DNA of 64,000 nucleotides, from assembly GCA_977017645.1 (NCBI GenBank), contig OZ360242.1, positions 30,256,001-30,320,000 on the forward strand. Reading direction: 5' to 3'. The position numbers were made by a program, and so were the translations under genes. Below are positions 51,021 to 62,053 of the stretch, one piece after another. Below the pieces are notes generated by a model. It was not told the origin of the DNA and made no database searches. It saw nothing but the letters and a program-made list of their open reading frames with translations. Origin of the DNA: Torpedo marmorata (Eukaryota). Numbering within the stretch: the stretch's first letter is position 1; each line of letters starts with the position of its first letter.

Positions 51021-51700
51021 GTGATTTTTCACTTTTGTTCTGGAAGACCCTGGGTTCCAAATAGAATTTTTGTTTGTGGGGGTTTTTAATGCTTCAGTTT
51101 AGACGATGGAGAGTGCATTCCAGATTGTAGCCATTTATTATGTAAATAACTTTTTATCTCCTGTTGGGATTCTTTGCCAATCTTCATTACCTGTTTGTTG
51201 TCTTACCTGCTGAAATGGTGTAATTTACTCATTTGATTTCTTCTTTAGAAAGAAGTGTTTGTAATTTTGGATATCTCTGTTATATTTACCTTTACAATCT
51301 AAGGAGATCTGTACCAATTTCTCTATTCCATCATCCCTAAAATATTTTAGTAAATTTCTGTGGCATCCAGAATTTAACACACTTGTACATCAGAAAGCTG
51401 TTTTACAAAGTTAAATTCTACTGATACTGAAAATCAGTTTCTTAGCACTGGAATCTGTCAGGGCCCAGCAGTGTCCTGAGTAAGGTCAGTTGTATGTAGA
51501 TGACTAGTTTGAATAAGCTGATTGATTGATGACCATCCATAATTGTCTGAACTAGCCTCAGCAAAAGCAAGGTCATGTACTTTGGCAACTGGCCTGACTG
51601 ATCTTTTGTTCCCTTCACCATAAGGTCTAATTACCTGAAGGTGTTTGGAATTTAGTTCAGAGGATCCGAGGCAGGCGCTCCACTCTTGAAGAATTCGGTT

Positions 51701-52215
51701 TGTCACCGAAGACTCTCGAAAACTTCTACAGGTGTACCGTGGAGAGCATTCTGGCTGGTTGCATCACTGCCTGGTATGGAGGCGCCAAATCTCAGGACAA
51801 GATAAAACTCCAGAGGGTTGTTAACTTGGCCTGCGACATCACAGGCACCAGACTTCACTCCATCGAGGACATCTACATGAGGCGGTGTCTTAAAAACCCA
51901 GCCTCTATCCTCAAAGACCCCCACCACCCAGGCCATGCCCTCTTCACTTTGCTACCATCAGGAAAAAGGTACAGGAGCCTAAAGACGAGCACTCAGCGGC
52001 ACAAGGACAGCTTCTTCCCCGCTGCCATCAGATTCCTGAATAATCAATGAACCAAAGACACTGCCTTACTTTTGGTGCACTGTTATTTTTTATTTTTATT
52101 TTTTTATATATTATTGTTGTAAGATGGTTCATAATATGAATGTTTGCACTGTGATGCTGCCGCAAAACACCGAATTTCGTGACTTGTTCATGACAATAAA
52201 TTCTGATTCTGATTC
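51701..52215 (+). mobile_element. Rex/Babar-like LINE 3' fragment (subfamily A)
   Basis: Near reverse complement of 43130-43630; FYRCTVESILAGCITAWYGG...RHKDSFFPAAIRFLN; (TTCTGA)n tail. Confidence 0.88.
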
Positions 52216-53339
52216 TATATTGTACAGCCAAGGTAGAACAGAACCTGGGAATGTGGGAGAGTCATTCTGTTGCTTTATTTATTGTGGAGATGTCAATAAG
52301 CATGGTACGATTTTCTGGTGCTCTTCACCCATCACCGAATTTACTTTTGAAGAATAAATGAAGATGGTACATTACTGTTTGTCACCTAGGCTGCTCTGAC
52401 AGCACTACCCAAACCCAAGTAGAAAAGCACAGTGGGCACTGTAGACCACTATCACCCACAGGTTATTTCCAATCACTCATTAACCCTGACTCAGAAATAT
52501 ATTATCTTCATTGTTTCTGGGTTCAACCCAACAGCACTGTGGGAACATTTTCACCAGATAATATGCCGTGGTTAAGGCAAAAAGGGATGGTTGATATATT
52601 CTGGTCTTCGGTGGTTTCAGCATGGATCTTGAAGAAGAAATTTTAAAAAAACTTGCTCCTGCTCTTGTCTGCAAGCACCTTGTACACCTCCATGAACTGT
52701 CGAAATGATCTTGTAAACCCGTTCATGTAATTCCACTGAGATCAAAGGAAGTCTCTGTTGCGTCTTGTGTGTGGCTTCAGAAATGTCTGATGTTGAACAT
52801 TTGTTCTGACTCGTACTAAATACTTATTTAAGCCCTGGGACTAACCTTTGAACTTCTGGCCTTCATATACCCCTGCTTCCATTATCTGGACTCCAATGCA
52901 GTTATCAGTCTATTGGAAGGTTTGACAAAGTGCCTAATTTGTGTTACTGAAAAGCTTTGTGTTAACGATGTACGTGGGAAGAAAGCTCTTTGCGAATTGC
53001 CTGCTTCAGGGATGTATCTGCCTTCTTCCTCACCAATCCACAGCCCCCCCCCAAAAAAAATCTCCATTTACCACTAACTTTTGCATGGCAAATTATTACA
53101 CAATGTTGAAGAAACGGAAGAGTTGAGCATGAGGGAAATGCTTTTGTGAGAAAACTTACTGGATTTGCATTTTTGGCAGTTAACTTTACCTTGGCAAAGT
53201 CATTCTCTGCCTACTTGTTTTAAGAAGTGAACCAGAACATTTTTGACCATATCTTTGTGTTTAATCTATGCCATTCTTAGCTGAAGTTTTTTGTTTTGTC
53301 ACAAACTCAAGTGTATTTCACTAATTGTAAATCTCCCAC

Positions 53340-53865
53340 GTTGGTCCACTTCTGAAACTTGAAGACAAAATCCAGGCTGACACTCCAGTGCAGTTGGACA
53401 GTCGAAGGTGCTGCACTATTGGAGGTGTTGTCATTTGGATATCTTGTTAAACCCATCATCTCTCAGCTGAATGTACAGGATTCAGTGTAGAACTTTGCTC
53501 TTTTTTTTGGAATAAATATGTAATGTGTCATTGGTGTTATTGAACATTCAGTGTCATTGACTGGAGTAGAACCAGCAGCAGAATTCAACACCACATCTTT
53601 GGCACAGAAAATGGATCAATTGCTACCACTGGGTTCACCACCTTTTCTCACCCCAAAACAAGATCCATGTCAACATTTGTTTCCCAGCGCAAATTCGTTC
53701 AAACAGTTTGGCTTGCTATTATCACATTGCTTTTCACGGAAGTTCTTTGTAAGTTGTTTGGTGCGTTTTCTATATTGCATTACACTTCAGAATTATTCCA
53801 TTGGGTGTTAAGCATTTTAGAGTGTCCAGAGACTGAAAGGCATTTAAAATACAACTTATTTCTTT
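53340..53865 (+). mobile_element. Degraded DeuSINE (SacSINE1/AmnSINE1-like), interrupted
   Basis: aatccaggctgacactccagtgcag...gtgctgcactattggaggtg (Deu domain) and the 3' part atcacattgct...tacacttcag...gaaaggcatttaaaatacaac. Confidence 0.65.
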
Positions 53866-54014
53866 AAATTTGAAAGAAACAGAACTAAAAAATAAGAATT
53901 CATTCACATTCCTTTAAAAAAATTGCATAACAAGAAACTGAAATATATTAATATTAAATTTGAATGATGCCTGCCATTTAATGTATGAGTAATATCTTAT
54001 TCTTTACTTTGCAG

Positions 54015-54140
54015 GTTATTCACACTTGCCAAGCAGCCTTTATCCTCCTTATATTCCCATCAGTCATCTTGAGCATCCAGGCAGTGGCAGCCCCATTCTC
54101 GCCCAGCTCAGCCAACATAGCTTGTTCGATTCTCAGAAAG
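54015..54140 (+). CDS. TNRC18: TNRC18 internal coding exon, 126 nt, phase 1-1
   Basis: tctttactttgcAG acceptor and AAG|GTCAGT donor. Translates (G)YSHLPSSLYPPYIPISHLEHPGSGSPILAQLSQHSLFDSQK, matching recalled TNRC18 GFSHLPSGLYPSYLHLNHLEPPSSGSPLLSQLGQPSIFDTQK. In frame with both neighbouring exons. Confidence 0.93.
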
Positions 54141-54870
54141 GTCAGTGCCTACTATCTGCTGATACACCCTCATTTCATTGTTTGCCACTTTTGTCTATCA
54201 AGCTAATCTAATATTGGGGGAGCTGAACCATTGGTACTTCGATCAGATAATATGCCGTTTATGAATTGCTTGGAATGCCAGAATAATGGAACCAGGCCTC
54301 TTAAGCTGTTACTATTCACACCTGGTTACACTGTTATATCAAGAGTTTTAACAAATAACTCCAATAACTCTAGTTTACAAATTTTATTTTACTGAACTGA
54401 CTGTGTCTAAGAAACCTTGGTTTATGTACAAAGCGAAGAAATAAACGGGATGAATTATTTATTGCCTGGCATCAATATTTCCTATTTTGCTTTTATTCGA
54501 TAGAGAAGGTTTGAATAAGATATAGTATAAGTTTGAAATGCTGCAAATAATAGAGTATGTTGTTTCAAACAGATTACTAAATTGTAAATATTCAAATAGA
54601 AGTTTGAAGCAAGTTTTACTCCAGAGAGATACAAGTATATGAAGGGAATAGAGGGGCATGTATCATGTGCTAGCAGCAGAGTAAAAAATGCACTCATTCA
54701 CTCAGACTTAAAAGATACATGCATTCACATTACCATACAAATATTTACCTATGCACAAATTAACTGAAGTAGACATATATTGAAAATCTACACTCAATAA
54801 TGCACTACTTACGTCTGCTACATCCCGTTCTCCGATCAGGATTTCTGAACTCTATTACATATTACCTTAT

Positions 54871-54947
54871 GGGACCAGGGACGAAAAAAGTTTTGGATTT
54901 CGGATCTTTTCGGATTTAGGGTATTCAGATAAGGGGTACTATACCTG
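54871..54947. mobile_element. Single terminus of a Tigger4/MER46-like DNA transposon
   Basis: aaaaagttttggatttcggatcttttcggattt...gataaggggtactatacctg|TA; partner TIR not found. Confidence 0.55.
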
Positions 54948-55434
54948 TATGTAAAGAAACAACCTAACCCATGCAGCTAACACTGAGCTAATTTAATTAA
55001 TTTGCAAAAGGTTTCAATGTACAAATGACTCTTAATGGAATTGAGGAACACATGGGTTCACATTCGGTCTGTAAATGGATCACTTTGGACCTTGTTGCTC
55101 CAGCCCATTGGGGTGGTTGGGAATGTCATTGGTCAAGATCAATTAATACAGAGAAATGTCATGTGATTCCAGTGAATGACTTTGGGGAATAGAAGTCGCG
55201 TTGAAATTTAGAAGATCATGGACATCTTTGAAACCAATCCTATGATCACCTAGGAAATTAAACAAGTTATAAAGTTATTTCATTACTTCAAATTTTGCTA
55301 GAAGCACACCTAGTGGGCAAATAGCCTCTTCTGATTCTATATTTATGATGCGATATAGTCTAGGGACAAGGTTAAAGCTAATGAAACTACAACGTTTTTA
55401 CATGATCTGCTCGATGTTTTAAAACTTTATGGAA

Positions 55435-55486
55435 TGTTTTTATAATGAAATCTGTTTTTATAATTAAATCTGTTTATAATGAAATC
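55435..55486. repeat. Three tandem copies of a 16-18 nt unit
   Basis: tgtttttataatgaaatc / tgtttttataattaaatc / tgtttataatgaaatc. Confidence 0.75.
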
Positions 55487-55975
55487 AGTTGTGTTCTCCA
55501 TCCCACAGGTAACAATGGACCTTTACTGAATATACCCTATTCGTTGAGAATAATGATCGTATGAATATCTATACGAAATGACGCATGTCCTGGGCCATGT
55601 GCACTTTTACCATTTAATCAATTTGTTTCTCAATGGCAAGATCTGTTAGATAATTTCTTCAGAATACTTCATAAAGCCAAATTCATAAAAAGTGATCCAA
55701 TGAATGTAGTGAATACTTGTTGATGTGCTTGCCTAAAAATTTCACTTTCCGAACTTCTTTTCAAATTAAATGGGTGTCATGACTAATATCTATGTCATTA
55801 GTTGGAAATCACAATTCCACCCTGGTTTTGCTGTATCAAAATATGAATTTTGAACATTTCTCTGTGGAAGGTGGGGAAAAAATCAACGTGTTAAATGCTG
55901 TCGACAAATGCTGAAGCCCCAGAGAAAGAAGAACTGGTTAACAGTTAACCGAGTACCCTTGAGATGAACTCAGAA

Positions 55976-57075
55976 GTAAAACACGAAAATCTGTAGACAC
56001 CGTGGTTGAAGTAAAAAACACAAATGCTGGAGAAACTCAGCAGGTCAAACAGTGTCTTTTATGTAGCAAAGGTAGAAATACATAACCGACGTTTTGGGCT
56101 TGAGCCCTTCATCAAATATGAGAAAATGCCGGCAGGCGTCCAAACAAAAGAGTGAGGGGGGAAGGGGGGGGTGGCAAAGGCAGGAGATGATAGGTGGAGA
56201 AAGGAGGGAGGGGACAGCAGCAAAGAGGGGGAAGGAGGGATGGCTGGGTAGGTGGAGAAAAACAGAAAGGACAGGTGAGGGGGGAGGGGAAGGGAACGAC
56301 AAGCAGGTTTAGTGGAAAGCAGAAAAGTCAATGTTAACGCCATCTGGCTGGAGAGTGCCCAGACGGAAAATGAGATGTTGTTCCTCCAATTTGCGGGTAG
56401 TCTGGGTGGGATAGTACATAAGGCCATGGACAGACATGCGAGTGTGGGAGTGTGACCCGGAATTGAAATGGTTGGCTACTGGGAGGTCACTGTTGTTGCG
56501 GACGGAGAGGAGGTGCTCAGCAAAGTGGTCTCCCAATCTACGACCGGTCTCTCCGATGTAGAGAAAGCCACAAAGGGAGCACCGGATGCAGTAAATAAGT
56601 TCTCTGGATGTACAAGTGAAGTGTAGTTTCACTTGGAAGTCTTGTTTGGGGCCCTGGACTGTGGTGAGGGGGGAGGTGTGGGCGCAGGTGTTGCACCTCC
56701 TGCTGGCACAGGGGAAGATGCCGGGGGTGCGATGGGTGGGGAGGGATGAGTGCACGAGTGAATCGCGGAGGGAGCGGTCCCTACGGAAGGCCGAGAGGGG
56801 AGGAGAAGGAAAAATGTGTCTGGTGGTGGGATCCTGTACTAAGTGCTGGAAATTCCGGCGGATAATGTGTTGGATGCGGAGGCTGGTGGGGTGGTAGGTG
56901 AGGATGAGGGGGAATCTATGTTTGTTGCGTCTGGGGGCAGAGGGGGCCAGGGCAGGTGAGCGGGAAATGGAGGAGATGCGGGTGAGGGCTGAGTTGATGG
57001 TGGTGGAGGGGAAGCCACGTTTGTGGAAAAAGGCAGACATTTCAGAAGATCTGGACTGGAACACCTCATCTTGGG
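55976..57075 (-). mobile_element. Penelope-like retroelement, 5'-truncated, with open GIY-YIG endonuclease region
   Basis: Minus ORF LTYHP...AFRRDRSLRDSLVHS...C-xx-RCNTC...LIYCIRCSLCGFLYIGETGRRLGDHFAEHL...VANHFN...RKLEEQHLIFRLGTLQPDGVN; 3' terminus as in the other copies. Confidence 0.93.
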
Positions 57076-57170
57076 AACTCATCTTTCCCAGCACTTCTGT
57101 TTCCATTCAAAATGAGTGAAGGTTGTGTGGATCACCTTCGGTAGTAGGATGAAAACCTAATCTCCATATA

Positions 57171-57406
57171 CAGTAAAAACCCTCGGTATCCAGCACCTAT
57201 GGGGATTGGTAGATGCCAGATAAGTGAATTTTCCGGTTGCTTGAGATTGCGTGTTGCGTGATTGGTGAACTAACCGCTGGGGGTGGGGGGGGGGCGCCAA
57301 TTTTAAACTTTCGTGTTTTTTACCTATTTATTTTCCGCGATTTTTTTTTTTGCCGGTTGCTTGAGGCTGCCGATTGCTTGAATTCTGGATAACAGGGATT
57401 TTACTG
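57171..57406. mobile_element. Short Tigger/pogo-like MITE, same ends as 28011-28727
   Basis: TA|CAGTAAAAACCCT ... AGGGATTTTACTG|TA; shared sub-terminal sequence, different interior. Confidence 0.88.
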
Positions 57407-58194
57407 TATATTGAAGCAGCAGATAATTGGATCTGAATGATCTTTTTTGTATCGTTAGAATGTGATTCTTCAAAGTTGGAAATTGTGCAGTACAGGCATG
57501 AACTGGGATTGTCGGGGCAGTTAGGCTTGAGGCCTGACTGAAATTGGTCCTTGGGGTCCAACTAAATTAGGCCAGCAAGCTCTGTTGGGTGCTGCATATC
57601 ACCACACAGCTAAGAGGTGGATATAAATTTTTGGTTGTTCCTCTCTCAGAAGTAGCCCTCAGATAAGTTCCTTCTATTGGGAGGGGTATGGTTTGCCGAG
57701 GAGAATGTTTTGGATCATGGGTATATTTCTCCTTTATCAATTTTCAGAAAAAAAACCCTTACTTTAAAAAAAAACTTTTTTTTTGTTGGTGTCTGAAGAA
57801 TCCAGATTGTGGAATTGTAGAAAGGTGTCACTTAATAGGCGTTGAACGCCTAATTTACTTGTCCAAGCAACCCAATATGCCTAAACAGGGGATCCCCATG
57901 GAACCAGAAACCTGTGATGGCTGGCTGCAGGACACGTGACCATTGAATTGGTGAAATTTGTGATCCATTTAACTCCCAATAAATATGCACAATGCCTACC
58001 AATTTTAACCTTTTATACATAGATCACTATTTCTGCAAACATTATGAAGAGTGATTGGGAACTCAATTAGTGGATCTGTATACTTTTTCTGGGATTGACT
58101 GTACTTCTCTTTCTGAAGACTCCAATTTGGCAGGAGATTTATTGGCAAATGCACCACATCCATCACTGACTTAATGTTGGCCAGGCAACTTGAA

Positions 58195-58463
58195 GACATA
58201 CATACAAACATAGACATGACATACATACATACAGCACAGTAACAGGCCCTTTCGGCTCATGAGCCCGTGCTGCCCAATTACACCCAATTGACCTATAACC
58301 CCGGTACGCTTTGAATGGTGGGAGGAAACCAGAGAACCCGAAGGAAACCCACGCAGAAACAGGGAGACCGCACAAACTCCTTACAGACAGCACAGGATTC
58401 GAACCCCAGTCCCGATCACTGGCGCTGTAACAGCGTGGTGCTAACTGCTACACTAACCGTGCC
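58195..58463 (-). mobile_element. V-SINE (HE1-like), full length with (TATG)n tail
   Basis: B-box ggttcgaatcc on minus; same family as the others. Confidence 0.88.
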
Positions 58464-59394
58464 GTGAGTAGACATGAGTTATCCTTGGCTCATCATTTGT
58501 TACACACTTCCAAGATCTGTTACGTACTAAATGTGAGTTTTCCCTGTACATCCGACATGGAGGAAGATGGAAATCCAGTTATCTGTACTCCATTAGATTC
58601 AAACACAGGAGCTGGTTTTAATGGTTGGAGTTTGCATCGTCCTCCTATATTTCATATGTCCCTCAGCAAGGAGAGTGGGATTATCTAGGCTGCGAACTTT
58701 ACCCACAGTCATTAATCAATGCTGTGCCTTGATAACTGGTCCTTTTAGCAAAGAAGGAATGCATTAATCTGCCAAGCAGCCCAGCTGAACATGAATACAA
58801 TTCTTCACAATTAATGCAATCTATATTAATGCCAAATAACCAACAGATTAAAATATTATTTTTAGGTGTGGTAGTGTGATTCTTAATGACTCCAAATCAT
58901 TTTAAAGCAATTTTTTGCATGTGTAGGAACTCGTTTAAAATGGAAAACTTTCTGTTTAAAAAAATTAACACTGATAAATATATTGCATGGTTGTGTGTGT
59001 TGACATTACACATAATTTGTGGGCTGAGGCTCATTAATGTTTGGCCAGGGTCAGTGCACAGGGAAAGAAGTACCCTGGCATACCCCAAACCTTTAGAAGT
59101 ACCCCAACCAATATGCTTGTATTCAACTAAACAGCCAGCTGCACCTACTGGGCCTTATCATTGTCACCATGTTCATTTGCTCATTAATTTTGTGAACAAC
59201 ACCGGTGGATATTTTGTCACTATCAAAGATGCGATGCACTATCACAGAAGGGAGCCCCTCTCGCCCATCAACTCAGTGTTGCAGTGGTAGAGCAATCCAG
59301 TCAATCTCATTTCCCCGTTCATTTACCCTAACCCTCCAAATTAATTTCCTGCAGACACCTGCCCAATTGAAAGCCCTGATTGATTTGTGCAAGC

Positions 59395-59672
59395 CATGAG
59401 TTCCAGATCATTGCTACCCTGTGCATAAATCACCTTTCCCATATTGCCATCTTTTGCACAAAATTTTAAATTTCTTCCCTGTTCATTGAATCTACTGATG
59501 GGAACAGCTTTTGTCCATTTACTCTATCTAAACCAGCCAAGACCTTCTGGATATAGAAACATCTAGCATCTATCAAATTCCTTTGCTGTAAGGAGATACG
59601 CACTGACTTCTTCAGTCTATCCTGCATGGCTGAAATCTCTTATTACTGGAACAATTCTAGTAAATCTCTTCT
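59395..59672 (-). mobile_element. Old CR1 3' fragment
   Basis: gagttccagatc...ctctatctaaacc...tctatcaaat...attctagtaaatctcttct; similar to 11499-12004. Confidence 0.6.
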
Positions 59673-59691
59673 ATGTGACTGTAAGTGTTGT

Positions 59692-60021
59692 TGTTGTGTT
59701 GGGAAGCGACCCTTCCAGCGACGTCCACAGTAGCGACCTGGCATGGAGCGATGTCCGAGGCTTGGACCACGAGGCAGAGAGCGAGAATGTGCTGTGCGTT
59801 GGTACTATATACAGTGCTAATCTGTGCTGCTAGCCAATGATGACCCTAGGTGATTTAAATTAACCAACGGTGAGGTGTGCACTAATTAGTGGCCGGAGTC
59901 CAACCTTGACTGACAGGTGATGTGACTTCCGAATTGGGTCTAGACGGGGAGGACACGTGACCACCCGCAATACACACATTCCAGACAGGCAGGGTGGCCA
60001 CGTTTCCTCCACACAACAACA
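59692..60021 (-). mobile_element. Probable solo LTR, 330 bp
   Basis: TGTTGT...ACAACA termini; 5-bp direct repeat GTTGT at 59687-59691 and 60022-60026; CpG-richer than flanks; TATATA (about 59806) and CCAAT (about 59834) spaced like a leftward promoter. Confidence 0.6.
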
Positions 60022-60229
60022 GTTGTCAATATTGGTGGAGCGAGAACCTGAGTTGGCGTTTTACGGAAGTCATTTGTGAAAAGGCATTGACCTGAACGAC
60101 TGCACTCCTCTTTCTGCCAACCGACTAAGCACTTCCACCATCCTCAGTTTTGATCCCATATGTGTTGCAGCTGAACTGTTGCTGTTTCTATTGGATTAAC
60201 CTCTGTGTATTTATTCCTTTTTATTACAG

Positions 60230-62053
60230 ATGGATACTATTTCCATAGCCATGCAGGACAATCATCCCTCCATGGAACAGCAAACTCTCAAACCACCATC
60301 CCAAGGACCTCGTCCAGTCACACACCAGGTTCTGTCCTACGAGAGAAGGAACTTTGTCACCCTCACAAAAGTACAAAAGAGTCTGAGAGGTATCTTGGGA
60401 AAGACTCTAAAGAGAAAATCTACAGGACTGAGGTGAATCTAAATGTGGCCAAAAAAGAAAAGGACAAGCCCCGGGAAGAATCTAGGCCCAGGAGTGTGGT
60501 GGACCTAACACAAGATGTTCGGACTGAAAACGAGAGGAGGATACACCTTCTTGATAAACCCATCAAGATCGGTGATCATCTTTCCACAGTTCTTACCAAT
60601 CACTCTCCCAACCGAGGGACTGGCAATGGAGAACCAAAGTCTAAAAACCCTCTACAGACCTTATCTCTCAGTAATTGTAATAGTGATTCCAGCTCATCGT
60701 TAAGGCTTGCGGGCACTGAACAAGACAGATGCTCCAAAGACTCCATCAAACATGATGAGAACATGAGGCCCCTGCTGCACGCGCACACGGAAAGGACCCG
60801 GAAGTGTGACTCAGTGGTGACTTCGGCTGGCACTTTGCACGTTTCCTGTGGCTGTCCATCGCCCCATCCTTCTCAGACAGCCCGGATGCCCTCTACCAGC
60901 ACATTCCCCCCTCTTCCTGTTCATTCCAGTATCTATACGATATACCCCACTGCCAGGGAGCCAGGAAAGGAACATAAAGTGATTGCACCTACCTTTGTGC
61001 CTTCAGTTGGGTTTTATGAGGACAGAAATGGGCCCATTCAGATAGCTTCTCAGGCCAGAGACAATAAAAGTGATAAAAATAAAGAGAAGGACATCAACAG
61101 AACTTCTGGGGACAGAGCAGGCCCTTTGCAAGCCTCTTCTGAAAGGACACTGGTGGAGTCCACCCGCTTAATGCTCACACAGGATTTGCCGGTGCATGCA
61201 GATATCAAAAGGTTAGAAAACATAAGGGAGGAAGGATCAGTCATTAGGTCCAATTCTTTAGCGACAAAGAGGCCCATGACTTCGGAAATGTTTTTGAGCA
61301 AAGCAGGCCTTAGTCCCTCAGAAAGTAAAGACTTGCACACGAGCAATGCCACATCGAAAGACTTGGTGAGATCAGGTTTTGAAGTTGATTACAGAGCGCA
61401 AGAGAGAGATAGGTTCCAAAGGTCTGTCTTGAAGGACTCTTGTAAAGCTTATAATGGGGTAGACGTTGCAAGGCTGCACTTGGAGCAATCCCAGCTGAAG
61501 CGTTCTGGCACTCCAGAGCCAAAGTGGAAGCCATTTGAAATGGCAACCTATGCAACCACACAAATGGCTGCCTTGGCAGCTCAGCATAACCATGTCAGCA
61601 GAGCTGAGGAGGAACAAAAAAAGGCTTTCCTGGACCCGGCCAGTCTTCAGCGATCGGCCGCAGTGGGAAATCCCAGTGAGGTCTCAGCCATGCAAAGCTT
61701 AATAAAGTACAGTGGCAGCTTTGCTAAAGAGACAGCGGGGCGGGTTGGGAGCGGCAAGAAGAGCCCGTTTGGCGGGCTGGGGAACATGAAGACTGATTCC
61801 AGCCAGCACACCGTTTCCAAGATACAGCACCTGCCGCTTCAGCAACTGAACAAGCAACTCAAGAGAGACCCGGAGAGGCCTGAGAGCGCAAAGTCATTCG
61901 GAAGAGAGAGCACCGGAGCACAGGGCGAGGTGGAAGTGAGGCATCCACCAGTGGGGATTGCGGTGGCAGTGGCTCGCCAGAAGGACAACAGTGGTAAACC
62001 TGGCGCTGGTGTGATGGACAGGGATCGTTCGCTTTCCATTAACAGTGTGAAGG
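60230..62053 (+). CDS. TNRC18: TNRC18 large internal coding exon, 1824 nt, phase 1-1
   Basis: Stop-free 608 codons between ttcctttttattacAG (60228-60229) and G|GTAAGT (62054). Contains PRSVVDLTQ, GPIQIASQAR, KYSGSFAKE, KKSPFGGLG, QLKRDPERPESAKSFGRE and GEVEVRHPPVGIAVAVARQKD, and ends SVK-G as in TNRC18. Paralogue BAHCC1 is less likely. Confidence 0.93.

Noticed and set aside
56309-57106. 265-aa GIY-YIG ORF as a host nuclease gene
   Set aside because: It is the 3' part of a truncated Penelope element; the first codons come from flanking DNA and the RT is missing. An open frame is compatible with young age.
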